64,000 bases of DNA from an uncultured Chloroflexia bacterium (GCA_963810285.1 CAWEMV010000002.1:2205177-2269176); one strand, 5' to 3'. Positions 9,418-18,880 are shown, counted from the first letter of the stretch. Numbers and translations: made by a program. Notes: generated from the sequence alone by a model not told the origin.

Positions 9418-11629
9418 ATGCGGGCGGTAGGCACCGGCGCCCAGTGGGCGTCTCGTCGGACCATCCCAGCTCTGGTCGTTCATGCCTGCGCGTTCCTGAT
9501 CGCGTTCGGCGCGATCCTCGCCATCGCCCGCCTCAGCCCCACGTCCGCTGCGACCGATGACATCCTGATGTCGCGATCCGAGATCCTCTCGCGACCCATC
9601 AGCGGCGCTGCGTGGACTGCGCTCAAGGCCCGAGCCGATTCGTCGATCGGCACCCCGGACATCTCCAACCAGGATGAGTCCGCGGACCTCACCACCCTTG
9701 CCAAGGCCCTTGTGTACGCGCGCATCGGAGGGGCCGCCTACCGCTCCGACGTCGTCGCGTCCCTGAAGCGCGCCGTCGGCACGGAGTCCGGCGGCCGGAC
9801 GCTGGCGCTCGGGCGGAACCTGCCCGGCTACGTCATCGCCGCCGACCTGATCGAGCTCAGCTCGGCCGATGCCTCATTCGACAGCAACACGTTCCGTCCG
9901 TGGCTGCGATCGCTGTTGACGAAGACGCTCGACGGCCGGACGCTCCGCAGCACCCACGAGGACCGGCCCAACAACTGGGGCACCCACGCCGGTGCTGCCC
10001 GGGCCGCGGTCGCCGCCTATCTCCGCGACGACGCCGAGCTGGCTCGCACCGCCCTCGTGTTTCGCGGATACCTCGGCGACCGCTCTGCATACGCCGGGTT
10101 CTCGTACGGCGAGCTCGACTGGCAATGCAACCCCGCAGCGCCGGTCGGTATCAACCCGGCAGGCTGCTCGCGGTCCGGCATCGCGCTGGACGGGGCGATC
10201 CCCGACGACATGCGCCGCGGCGGTGGCCTCCAGTGGCCGCCGGCGGCGACGGGCTATCCATGGGAGGGCCTGCAGGGGGCGGTCCTCCAGGCGGAGCTGC
10301 TCCGGGTCCAGGGCTATGACGCGTGGTCGTGGTCCTCGAGAGCCCTGCTGCGAGCGGCACAGTTCCTCTACAACCGGGCGCATTGGCCGGCCGAGGGCGA
10401 CGACGAGTGGCAGACGTGGTTGATCGACAAGCGCTATGGCACGTCGTTCCACGGCTCGGCGCCGGCGCGGACCGGCAAGAACTTCGGGTTCACTGACTGG
10501 CTGTACGGCCCGGGCTCGGCGCCAGCCGGCGGCACCCCGGTCCCGGCGACTCCACCGCCGACCCCCACCGCAGCGCCGACCGCAGCACCGACGCCGACAC
10601 GCTCGCCGAGCCCGACACCGAGCCCGACGCCCAGTCCGACACCGAGCCCGAGTCCGTCGCCCACGGCATCGCCGAGTCCGACGGCCACGCGCGGCCCGGC
10701 GGCGACGCCGACGGCCCTGCCGACACCGACATCGGCGGCCACACCGACATCGGCGGCGCACACCGACATCGGCGGCCACGCCGACGTCGGCCGCGACGCC
10801 GACCGGCGCAGCGGTCCCGACGCCGACGGCAACGACGGCATCCCAGCCGACGCCGACACCGACCCGCACGGCGCGGCCGGCCGCGACCCCGACGCCGCGA
10901 CCGACCAGCGCGCCGACGCCAAGGCCGGAGCCGACCCCTCCACCCGCGAATGAGCGGTCGGACGAGGCCCCGAGGGTCACGCGGCCGGTGGTCCTGCTCT
11001 CCACGACCTCCGTCGTCCCGAGCTCGGGCGTACCGGTGATCGTGGACTGGGCACTGGCTTCCACCGAGGCCGGTCTCCGGGGCTACCAGCTCCAGATGCG
11101 CGTCGACAACGGCGACTGGGTCGCCCTCGGCCTGGCCTCCGCGACGGCAAGCTCCGCGCGGCGGACGCTGCCGAGCGGCCACGAGGTCCGGTTCCGCGTC
11201 CGGGCGGTCGACCGCACCGGCCATGTCGGCGACTGGCGGTCGTCCGAGTGGTTCGTCGCGACGGCGCTGTCGGACGCGTCGAGGTCGATCCGGTGGGCCG
11301 GCAAGTGGGCGTTCGCGTCCCACACCGCCTACCTCGGCAAGCGCGTCCACTGGACGAAGGTCCGCTACGGCTCGGCGACGCTCGTGTTCGAGGGTCAGGC
11401 CGTGGCATGGGCCGCCCCGACAGGGCCGACCCGCGGCAAGGCGCGCGTCTACCTCGACGGGCGCTACGTCGCGACGATCGACCAGTACAGCCGCACGTTC
11501 AAGGCGAAAGTCATCGTCTTCGCTCGCAACGTCGGAGATGGGCGGCACACGTTGCGGATCCAGACCGTCGGGACGAGCCGTCGTCCCACGGTCGCGGTCG
11601 ACGGTCTATACGTCCTTCGACCGGACTGA
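9418..11629 (+). pseudogene. secreted alginate-lyase-superfamily protein with a P/T/S-rich linker and a C-terminal FN3-like plus carbohydrate-binding-like region. The frame is broken once inside the linker (ORFs 9418..10953 and 10436..11629).
   Basis: RBS AGGAAGGAG before the ATG at 9418 and an N-terminal TM/signal segment. '[23 protein letters not shown]' resembles the alginate_lyase (PF05426-type) NNxG block. After the linker, the sensible translation continues in the other frame (...[17 protein letters not shown]...VVLLSTTSVVPSSG...GKARVYLDGRYVATIDQYS...GRHTLRIQTVG). The extra base lies at 10756-10759. The span is 3n+1. Confidence 0.55.
10513..10950 (+). repeat. low-complexity Pro/Thr/Ser/Ala linker-coding DNA containing an 18-nt tandem repeat (10723-10795)
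   Basis: ACACCGACATCGGCGGCC occurs at 10723-10740. A 19-nt copy ACACCGACATCGGCGGCGC is at 10741-10759, an exact 18-nt copy at 10760-10777 and a degenerate copy at 10778-10795. An [12 protein letters not shown] run lies upstream. Confidence 0.85.
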
Positions 11630-11635
11630 CAGCAA

Positions 11636-11659
11636 GCGGGCCCGGGCGACCGGGCCCGC
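11636..11659 (+). terminator. GC-rich hairpin after the lyase-like gene
   Basis: GCGGGCCCGG-gcga-CCGGGCCCGC, a perfect 10-bp stem 7 nt after the stop at 11629. It is followed by ATCGTCTGGTAT, a weak T tract. Confidence 0.5.
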
Positions 11660-11709
11660 ATCGTCTGGTATCCTGTCGGCCGCCCGCGGCGATCGTCGCG
11701 GAGGCCGGG

Positions 11710-11786
11710 GCCGCATTCGTCTAGAGGCCTAGGACACCGCCCTCTCAAGGCGGAGATCACCGGTTCGAATCCGGTATGCGGTACCA
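11710..11786 (+). tRNA. tRNA-Glu (anticodon CTC), CCA encoded
   Basis: Folded by hand. Acceptor stem GCCGCAT/ATGCGGT (one G-U pair), D stem GTCT/GGAC, anticodon stem CCGCC/GGCGG with loop CT-CTC-AA, T arm ACCGG-TTCGAAT-CCGGT, discriminator A, then CCA. Confidence 0.9.
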
Positions 11787-11977
11787 GATCCCGCCCTCAT
11801 CGAACCGCACGACGGCGAGCCCGCTGTGCGGTACCAAACCTGCTCTCTTCAGGACGTCCAGCTGAGCGCATGCGGCCCGCTGGCGCGACGCGCCCGTAGC
11901 CAAGCGATCAGAGCAGCTGACGTCGGATTATCTGTCTCATGCGTCTCTTGGTGGTACAGCGCGCCCGAAAATGTGGC

Positions 11978-12010
11978 GCTGCCCCGCCACCGCAAGATGG
12001 GCGGGGCAGC
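11978..12010 (-). terminator. hairpin downstream of the BNR-repeat gene
   Basis: GCTGCCCCGCC...GGCGGGGCAGC, an 11-bp stem. On the minus-strand transcript it is followed by GCCACAUUUUCG. It lies 18 nt after the stop at 12028. Confidence 0.5.
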
Positions 12011-12027
12011 AGTCGAGGGCTATCGCG

Positions 12028-13884
12028 CTAGCTGTCGTCGCTGAACGTGCTTCCGAAGATGTCCGAGTTGCCGAACGTCGGCGGGCACTGGTTGTTAGGG
12101 CCCGGTCGCAGCGCCGTCGAGTGCGCCGCTGGCAGCTCGGCTGCTGCGGAGCGCTCACGCGGGCGATCGCCCACGATCGGTGTGGCACCGCCTCCGACGA
12201 CGTCCTCGACGAAAGCCTGCCGATAGGCGTCTATCGCCGGGCAGGTGGCGCCGTTGCGCATGTCGTTCCAGACCGCCGACCCGTAGTCACGAGTGGCGAC
12301 TGCGTAGTTGTAGTCGCCCAGGAACTCCGAGGTGAGGCCATTCGCGCTCGAGGCACGTCCGTCTCCATCTGGTCCGCGCAGCAGCGTGGTCCACGACCCG
12401 ATCGCTCCGGTCGTGGCATTGACCTCAGCGTGGCGGACCACACCTAGTACCCGTCGAGGCGAGGTGGTGTTGCTCCGCCACGGATCGAGCCAGGCGTTGT
12501 AGACAAGCCACGCGTCGGTCCCGTCAGGGGAGATGGCGATGGCCGGGAAATTGGCCCGATCGGAGCCGTCGTTGGCGTTGATCGGCGCGGTGTACGAGTC
12601 GCCACCGTCGGTGGAGCTGACCACGAATGCCCGCTCGTTGTTGGTGCCGGCCCGGTCGTCCGACCAGGTGATAAGGATCTGGTCGGTCGCATCTGTGCCC
12701 GAGGGTGCCCCGTTGGCGATGTCGATACTAGGGAACGTGTTCGTACGGGCCCCGGCGATGCCATCGATGGTGAACCGGCCCTGGGCGGGGTCGAACTGAC
12801 CGATCCCGGCTACGGGCTGGACGATGGCCCGCGGCTTCTCGAAGTTATTGCCACCATCGAAAGAGCGCGCCTGGAAGAAGACGCCCTGGCGGGTCTTGAT
12901 GTCGGTGCCGATCCAGACCACGTAGACCACACCTTCGCTGTCGGTGCGGATCGCGCAGCCCTGGCGGCCACCGGTCTGGCTGTTGTTGGTAGCGGCGGTG
13001 AGCTGGCGCTGCCGCCACGTGTCGCCGCCGTCGGTGGATCGGGCGAACAGCACAGGCTCTGAACCGGCGGTGCCGCGGAAGCCGACATTGCAGACGTAGG
13101 CGTTCCCGAAATGTGGGCTCGATTCGGCGTTGTCGGCCCACAGCTGCTCCTTGTCGCTGAACAGGGCCGAGTTCTGGCGGGTCACGATCACCGGATCCAT
13201 CCAGGCGTCGTTGTCGCCAGCGATGGCGCCGGCGATGTCATCGGTCCGCGAAACCGCGATCGCAGCGGGTCCGTTGAAGGGCTCCTGGCCCGGGACCTTG
13301 GTCGCGATGTTCGCGTAGTACAGCCGTTGGCCGTTGTCCCAAGCGAAATCGCCGTTCTCGTCCGGGACGGGGCCGAAGGCCAGTTCCGGGTCGCCGTTCG
13401 AGACGAGACCGTTCTCGAAGTAATTGGGCAATGTGCCTATCGGCCCGGCCGGGTCGGGCACGCAGCCGGTGTCGGTGGCCGGTGGCTGCCCTGGCGCCGG
13501 GTCAGGCTGGCCGAGGCAGCTCGGTGCGACGCGCGCTGAATTGCCCGTGTATGTCGGCTGCGACCAGGTCCTGCCGCTGTCGGTCGAGAACTGGACGCCC
13601 GAGAGGCCAACGCCCGGAGTGAACGGGCAGGTTCGATCGTCGCCCGCGTTGCAGGCCTCGAGATCGATGTTGTCGTTGGCTCCTGCCGCCAGGATGTCGG
13701 TGTCGACCGGGTTGACGGCGAGACCGGGTTCGTTCTGCTTGTTCTGGGAGAAGAGATTGTCGTTACTGCCGACGGTGACCTCCGTGGAGCCACCTGGGGT
13801 GAGCGGGGCGGCCGCAACTGACAGGGGCAGCAGCAACGTGAGCACCGCCACGGCAGCGACCGTGGCGTGGCGAGTCGGGCGCAT
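12028..13884 (-). CDS. secreted BNR/Asp-box repeat protein (sialidase-like beta-propeller fold)
   Basis: There are four Asp-boxes: [24 protein letters not shown] and STDGGDSY. The signal peptide is [27 protein letters not shown] strong RBS AAGGAGGAG lies 2 nt (TC) before the ATG at 13884. The upstream ATG at 13947 is less likely. Confidence 0.8.
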   Translation of the reverse strand: MRPTRHATVAAVAVLTLLLPLSVAAAPLTPGGSTEVTVGSNDNLFSQNKQNEPGLAVNPVDTDILAAGANDNIDLEACNAGDDRTCPFTPGVGLSGVQFSTDSGRTWSQPTYTGNSARVAPSCLGQPDPAPGQPPATDTGCVPDPAGPIGTLPNYFENGLVSNGDPELAFGPVPDENGDFAWDNGQRLYYANIATKVPGQEPFNGPAAIAVSRTDDIAGAIAGDNDAWMDPVIVTRQNSALFSDKEQLWADNAESSPHFGNAYVCNVGFRGTAGSEPVLFARSTDGGDTWRQRQLTAATNNSQTGGRQGCAIRTDSEGVVYVVWIGTDIKTRQGVFFQARSFDGGNNFEKPRAIVQPVAGIGQFDPAQGRFTIDGIAGARTNTFPSIDIANGAPSGTDATDQILITWSDDRAGTNNERAFVVSSTDGGDSYTAPINANDGSDRANFPAIAISPDGTDAWLVYNAWLDPWRSNTTSPRRVLGVVRHAEVNATTGAIGSWTTLLRGPDGDGRASSANGLTSEFLGDYNYAVATRDYGSAVWNDMRNGATCPAIDAYRQAFVEDVVGGGATPIVGDRPRERSAAAELPAAHSTALRPGPNNQCPPTFGNSDIFGSTFSDDS

Positions 13885-14263
13885 GACTCCTCCTTGGACG
13901 TCGGTGAGCGACGTCACCGTGTTCCGTGCGCGCGGGCGCGCGGGCATCTGCCCAGACCCGAGGGAGCCCCCCGCGCCATGGGCTTCGTAGTCCTTCGAGT
14001 CTGGCCCTCAAGCGCGACCGTGACAATCGCAGCGACGTATCGGCGACATATCAAGATCCCGGAAAGCGTTACGCGAGCCTCGGTGCATCGTCGGTTGGGT
14101 CGTCGTCCCTGCGGACGTCGATCCGACCCGCGAGCCGGGGAATGGTGGGTCCGCCGCCTGGAAGGGGCCACGAACCCTTGTCGGCCCGGTCCGCTCGCTG
14201 GACTGGGCTGCTTCTTTGCGTGCAGGCCGGCGATGGCCTCGATCTGAGCACCGTGGTCGACCG

Positions 14264-15685
14264 TCAGCGGTCCATCGGAGCGTGTCCCCATGACTGGATC
14301 GGCACGCGCACGTCGGAGTCATAGCCGACCATCCCGACGCTCCCGCTATTCTCGGCCAGGACCACGGACGCGGGTGATCCGACTCGATCCGCCGGAACCG
14401 CGACCAAGGACTTCAATTCGACAAACTCCTTGCCGCAGCAAACGCTCGTGCTCGGGTAGCCGTTCGGGTGACTCCACGCCTGATAGAGGAGGTACTTGCC
14501 GTCAGGCGACCACGTGACGCGCCGCGGGTACAGCCCGAGCCCGGTGTCTTCTGGCGTGATCACGACCTCTCGTGAGAGCCCCGTATCCTGAGATCGCGCA
14601 CCCGGCGTCACGATGACAACCTCGTGCCGCTCGGTCCCAAGACTGACCATCCTCTGGTAGACGATCCTCGCGCCGTCCGGCGACCACACCGGTCCGACAC
14701 CGTGGACAGCCCCATACCTGGGGGTGATGGCCTCCTGCTGGCCGGTGGCCACGTCGAGGATCCGGAGGACTTGACGAACGTCGTTTCCGGCCCCGTCGCG
14801 GACCGCGTATGCGATCCGCCCACTGTCGGGCGACCACGTCAGCGTAAGGGCGCCGAGCGTGTCGTCGAGCGAACGGACGGTGCCAGAGGATGGCTCAAAC
14901 AGATGGATCCGCGCGTCCTGCAGCCCGTTCCCGTCGGGTGCAGCTTCGACGCCTCCGACGATGGCCAGGAGAGAGCCATCGGGCGACCAGTCCAGGTCCG
15001 TCGCCAACAGATCAGGGACGACGCTGACCACTCGATCCGCCAGGCGGATCACCCGGACCTCGCTACCCTCGCCGGACCCGGTCGGGTTGATCGGGGATGT
15101 GCGTGGGACCCCGAACGCGACCCGATCGCCGCCCGGCGACCAGACGGGACATGGCGGCGGGAGCCCGTCGCCGACGTCGACGGTGAGTCGATCGGAGGTG
15201 GTTCCGTCGTCGGCCACATCGGCGATGACGAGCGCGGCGTTTCGATTCGCACCGACATCGCCGCCTTCGACGCTTCCGTAGGCGAGGCTTTGGCCATCCG
15301 GGGCGAATGCGGGGCACACCTGATCGACGCCGTCCGAGTCGGTGCCGACGGCGCGGCGCGGCGCCTGGTCGAGGGCGACGAACCAAACATCAAAGTCTTC
15401 ACCCGCCCGGGCGGGTTCTATGTGCCCAACGGTGTAGGCGATCCAGCCGTTGGCGGCTCCAGGAGACTGGTCTGGCGCTCCGGCGATCAACATCGCTGCG
15501 CCGCCGGCGCCGATCAGCGCGGCCACCGCCAGGGCCCGGAGGGGCCACCGCCGGCGGTTGCGATCGAGCTCTGCCACGCGTCGAGAAGCGGGCGATTCGG
15601 CCCACATTCGGTCCGGGCCCCGCTCGGCGTCGAGCGTCTCGCGGAGTGCGCTCCTGAGGTGGCGTTCGAATTCGTCGGTCGTCAT
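14264..15685 (-). CDS. single-pass membrane protein with a short cytoplasmic N-domain and a periplasmic TolB-like PD40 beta-propeller. It sits in the anti-sigma position next to the ECF sigma.
   Basis: The start lies 3 nt after the sigma-gene stop. TM segment LRALAVAALIGAGGAAMLIAG. There are six WSPDG-type PD40 repeats (VWSPGGDRVAF, DWSPDGSLLAI, TWSPDSGRIAY, VWSPDGARIVY, TWSPDGKYLLY, FAPDGQSLAY). No HxxxCxxC zinc anti-sigma motif is present. Confidence 0.75.
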   Translation of the reverse strand: MTTDEFERHLRSALRETLDAERGPDRMWAESPASRRVAELDRNRRRWPLRALAVAALIGAGGAAMLIAGAPDQSPGAANGWIAYTVGHIEPARAGEDFDVWFVALDQAPRRAVGTDSDGVDQVCPAFAPDGQSLAYGSVEGGDVGANRNAALVIADVADDGTTSDRLTVDVGDGLPPPCPVWSPGGDRVAFGVPRTSPINPTGSGEGSEVRVIRLADRVVSVVPDLLATDLDWSPDGSLLAIVGGVEAAPDGNGLQDARIHLFEPSSGTVRSLDDTLGALTLTWSPDSGRIAYAVRDGAGNDVRQVLRILDVATGQQEAITPRYGAVHGVGPVWSPDGARIVYQRMVSLGTERHEVVIVTPGARSQDTGLSREVVITPEDTGLGLYPRRVTWSPDGKYLLYQAWSHPNGYPSTSVCCGKEFVELKSLVAVPADRVGSPASVVLAENSGSVGMVGYDSDVRVPIQSWGHAPMDR

Positions 15686-15688
15686 GGC

Positions 15689-16249
15689 TCAGCGTCCCGT
15701 TGCTGCTGCGACGACGCCCGACTGCGGTTCCAGGGCGTCCTTCAGTCGGTCGAGGGCACGAGAGAGCATCGCGCCGACGTTGGTCGAGGTGGTGTCGAGG
15801 ATCCGCGCGATGGTCGCGTAGTCATAGTCGTGGTAGTAGCGGAGGATGACCGCGGCGCGCTGACGGGCCGGCAGGACCTCGAGCGCCTGGAGCAGGGCCA
15901 GCCGTGCGACGCTCCCGCCCGCGAGATCCGGCGCCATCCACGGCGAGAGATCGCGGACCGGATGGATCGCTCGACGCCGGCGCAGGGCTGACAGCGCCTC
16001 GTTGACGAGGATGCGGTGAAGCCACGCCGTCGAAGGCGCCTCGCCTCGAAATCGGTCTCGGTGCCGGTAGGCGGCGACGTAGGCCTCTTGCGTGACATCC
16101 GCGGCGAGGGCGGGGTCCCGGACGATGCCCAGCGCCGTTCGATAGGCGGTGTCGTAGGTCCGCTCGTAGAAGGCGCCGAAATCGGACAGTTCGGCTCGGA
16201 AAGCCACCGATTCGATCCTCCTGGCCTCGACGTCAGGATCCTGCGTCAT
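15689..16249 (-). CDS. ECF (sigma-70 family, group 4) RNA polymerase sigma factor
   Basis: Region 2 'DVTQEAYVAAYRHRDRFRGEAPSTAWLHRILVNEA' and region 4 HTH 'YDYATIARILDTTSTNVGAMLSRALDRL' are present. Confidence 0.9.
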   Translation of the reverse strand: MTQDPDVEARRIESVAFRAELSDFGAFYERTYDTAYRTALGIVRDPALAADVTQEAYVAAYRHRDRFRGEAPSTAWLHRILVNEALSALRRRRAIHPVRDLSPWMAPDLAGGSVARLALLQALEVLPARQRAAVILRYYHDYDYATIARILDTTSTNVGAMLSRALDRLKDALEPQSGVVAAATGR

Positions 16250-16253
16250 ACAT

Positions 16254-16286
16254 TAGGGATGCGGTGCGGCGGCCAGTCATTACACC
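16254..16286 (-). promoter_or_regulatory. 33-nt promoter-like element, copy A (candidate autoregulated ECF promoter)
   Basis: On the minus strand it reads GGTGTAATGACTGGCCGCCGCACCGCATCCCTA and ends 4 nt before the sigma-gene ATG, which would imply a leaderless mRNA. It matches 17183..17215 at 30 of 33 positions. TGTAAT and GCATCC are separated by 16 nt, an ECF-like -35/-10 spacing. Confidence 0.4.
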
Positions 16287-16376
16287 GGCCCGGTCCTGTT
16301 CGGCGGACCGGGCCGTCGGTGGTCCGAAGTCGCAACGGTTCGCTCGCGCCCGACCGCGCATCCCCGATGATCGCAC

Positions 16377-17138
16377 CTATTCGAATGTGGCTGACTGGGC
16401 GATAGCCCGCATCTCATCGATGAGTGCCGCCGACGTGTCGGGCCGGGACATGGCATCGATGACCAGCATGGCCCCACCCATGTCCAGGATCCACAGTTCA
16501 TCGACCTGGCCAGGACCCTGGTGATGGCGAGACACGCCGTCCAGGCCGAGGGTCGGGTCGGTCCCGTAGCTGGCGAACGCGTCCTCGTCGCAGTCGGCGA
16601 ACACGGCGTCGTCCGGCACATGCAGGATGATCCGCTTGCCGCTGTACCCGCCGACGGTCACGTCCACCGGCTCGGAGGCATCTCGTGACCCCTGGGCGGC
16701 CAGCCTGGTGACGAAGTCGTCGACCGTCGTCGCGGGCGTGTCAGGCGTGGTCGACTGCCACTGGCATGGGTCACCGTACACGTAGAACCCAGTGCCCGCC
16801 GGGTAGGTCCATGCCATCACGAATGCCTCCGGCAGGTTCGAGACTTCCACGCCCTTCGAAACGCCGTTGAACTCGGGTACGTGCTCCCAGCCGGAGGCCG
16901 GGATGGTGACGGTGATGGGCACCTGCGGCGTATCGAGCGCCAAGTGGCCCCGCGGAAGGCCGATCTCCGCCGCGATCGACGGGGCGACACTGGGCGCTAT
17001 CGTGCCCGATGGGGCTAGGGACGGCGCGCCGGTCGGATCACCCGCGTCCGGCATTTGCGGGCGGAGGACCTGGACGCCGACGATGGCGATCACGACCACG
17101 GCTGCCACGCCGAGGGCGGTAGCGGCGAACTTGTTCAT
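16377..17138 (-). CDS. secreted hypothetical protein
   Basis: MNKFAATALGVAAVVVIAIVGVQVL is a signal/anchor segment. The RBS is AGGGAGGG, followed by TTCCAGAC and the ATG at 17138. The rest is a well-formed, GC3-rich ORF. The upstream part of track ORF 16377..17621 belongs to the amidohydrolase relic. Confidence 0.65.
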   Translation of the reverse strand: MNKFAATALGVAAVVVIAIVGVQVLRPQMPDAGDPTGAPSLAPSGTIAPSVAPSIAAEIGLPRGHLALDTPQVPITVTIPASGWEHVPEFNGVSKGVEVSNLPEAFVMAWTYPAGTGFYVYGDPCQWQSTTPDTPATTVDDFVTRLAAQGSRDASEPVDVTVGGYSGKRIILHVPDDAVFADCDEDAFASYGTDPTLGLDGVSRHHQGPGQVDELWILDMGGAMLVIDAMSRPDTSAALIDEMRAIAQSATFE

Positions 17139-17182
17139 GTCTGGAACCCTCCCTAGCCATGCAATCCCCCACGGTCCTGAAC

Positions 17183-17215
17183 TAGGGATGCGGTGCAGCC
17201 GCCGGTCATTACACC
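17183..17215 (-). promoter_or_regulatory. 33-nt promoter-like element, copy B
   Basis: On the minus strand it reads GGTGTAATGACCGGCGGCTGCACCGCATCCCTA. It lies 44 nt upstream of the ATG at 17138 and matches copy A at 30 of 33 positions. Confidence 0.4.
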
Positions 17216-17621
17216 TCGCGCCAGCCCGTCCACGTGACCAGGCCGCTACGTGTGTCCGAAGGCGCAGCGGGTGAGCGGTTCGCAGATCTGGAGTCGGCGC
17301 AGTAGGCCGGGATCCCGCCGACGATGGTGGCGATGACCTTCGTGCACGGATCTCGTCGGCGGTGGCGTCCGTCACATCACCGGTCAGGACCGTCACGTCG
17401 CCGAGCGTCCCCTCGAGGTGACCTCGCCGGGTCTCGTCGCCCAGGGCCGAGGCTGCGTCGAGGGTCACGGTCCGCAGCCCCTGCTCGGCGGTCAGCAGCT
17501 GGTCGAGCAGCCATGGTGGCGTCTCCGAGCTCGAGCGCACCCGCCCGTCCATCCCCGCTGCGATCTGGTCGACGGGGCCCAGGGTGGACCGATCAGTGGA
17601 TAGATGGATCGGGGCCCCCAA
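17209..17621 (-). pseudogene. relic of an amidohydrolase-family (Amidohydro_3-like) gene: C-terminal part only, with internal frameshift(s)
   Basis: '...PPWLLDQLLTAEQGLRTVTLDAASALGDETRRGHLEGTLGDVTVLTGDVTDATADEIR' matches the typical C-terminal block (l..eeALraYT..aA.a.geed..GslepGklADlvvLd.dp). A second frame then gives 'TKVIATIVGGIPAYCA...' down to a TAA at 17209. The missing ~400 N-terminal residues would lie where the plus-strand nitrilase gene now starts. Weak similarity may extend to about 17700. Confidence 0.55.
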
Positions 17622-17744
17622 ACTGTTCGATCCCGAACCGATGCTGTATCGCGCGTGCGGGGCAGGATGTCATGGGCACCGACGGCGGGCGTCATGCGTC
17701 ATGGTTCGTGAGCTACCTCGCGTCCAGGGACACCGGAGGATGGG

Positions 17745-18722
17745 ATGACCACGATGCGCGTCGCAGCGGTCCAGGCCACCTACGAGCTGATGGACCGCGA
17801 GGCCACGATCGATCGCGTTGCGGAGCTGACGGCCGATGCGGCGAAGCAGGGTGCCCAGGTCGTGGTGTTCCCCGAGGTGTTCGTGCCGGGCACACCGATC
17901 TGGATCGACACCCAGCCGATCTGGGACGGCGACGATGCCTGGTTCCGGCTGCTGGCCGAGAACGCCGTCGTCGTCCCCGGCCCGGCGACCGAGAGGCTCG
18001 GTGCGATCGCCCGCGACAACGGGGTCTGGCTCGTGGTCGGAGTCGAAGAGCGAGAGCAGCACGGCGGCACGATCTACAACGCCGTCCTCTACCTGTCGCC
18101 GGCCGGCGAGCTCGTCGAGAAGCATCGCAAGCTCGTTCCGACGGGGTCGGAGCGCACGGTGTGGGGGATGGGCGACGGCTCGACCCTGCGCGTCGTCGAC
18201 ACGGGCTTCGGGCGCATCGGCGGGCTCATCTGCTGGGAGAACTACATGCCCCTGGCGCGGTTCCACATGTACGCCCAGGGCGTGGACGTGTGGCTGGCGC
18301 CGACGCTCGCGCCGGGCGATGCCTGGATCGCATCGATGCAGCACCTCGCCCGCGAGAACCGGATGTACGTGGTCGGGGTCAATCCGGTGCTCCATATGGA
18401 CCGCATCCCGTCCGACTTCCCCGACCGGGAACGGCTCGTGCCGGAGCCCTTCCTCGCCGACAACGGTCCGTGGCTGGAGAAGGGCAACAGCGTGATCGTG
18501 GCGCCCGACGGGCAGATCGTCGCCGGTCCGGTGCGGGAGAAGGAGGAGATCCTCGTCGCCGACCTCGACCTCGGAGCCGTCGCCTCGGCACGCCGTCTGC
18601 TGGACCCGGTCGGCCACTACAACCGGCCCGACGTGTTCCGTCTCCACGTCGATACCTCGCCGCGTCCGGCGGTCGTGGTCGAGACCGAGAGCCCCCGGGA
18701 GGCCGGTACGTCGACCACCTGA
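17745..18722 (+). CDS. nitrilase / carbon-nitrogen hydrolase family protein
   Basis: The Glu-Lys-Cys triad contexts VVFPEVF, HRKLVPT and ICWENYMP are present. RBS GGAGGA lies upstream. Confidence 0.9.
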   Translation: MTTMRVAAVQATYELMDREATIDRVAELTADAAKQGAQVVVFPEVFVPGTPIWIDTQPIWDGDDAWFRLLAENAVVVPGPATERLGAIARDNGVWLVVGVEEREQHGGTIYNAVLYLSPAGELVEKHRKLVPTGSERTVWGMGDGSTLRVVDTGFGRIGGLICWENYMPLARFHMYAQGVDVWLAPTLAPGDAWIASMQHLARENRMYVVGVNPVLHMDRIPSDFPDRERLVPEPFLADNGPWLEKGNSVIVAPDGQIVAGPVREKEEILVADLDLGAVASARRLLDPVGHYNRPDVFRLHVDTSPRPAVVVETESPREAGTSTT

Positions 18723-18880
18723 CCGCCTGCGTCGCTTGCTGCCTTTGCTAGACTCGCCTGACCCCGTGGAACGGATCCCAGAGGCAGCTCGACGGGGCAT
18801 CGCCCGCATATTCCGGCGCCCCCGGTCCGCGCCCCGGGGGCGTCCCCATGTCAGAGTCGTTCGGCAGGAGGGAGCCATTG

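Noticed and set aside
13890-13945. A classical ECF-type GGAAC ... CGTC pair upstream of the BNR gene (minus strand: GGAACacggtgacgtcgctcaccgaCGTCC).
   Set aside because: The spacer is 20 nt, longer than the usual 16-17 nt. The region does not contain the 33-nt element shared by the other two genes. It could still be a promoter, but I cannot support it.
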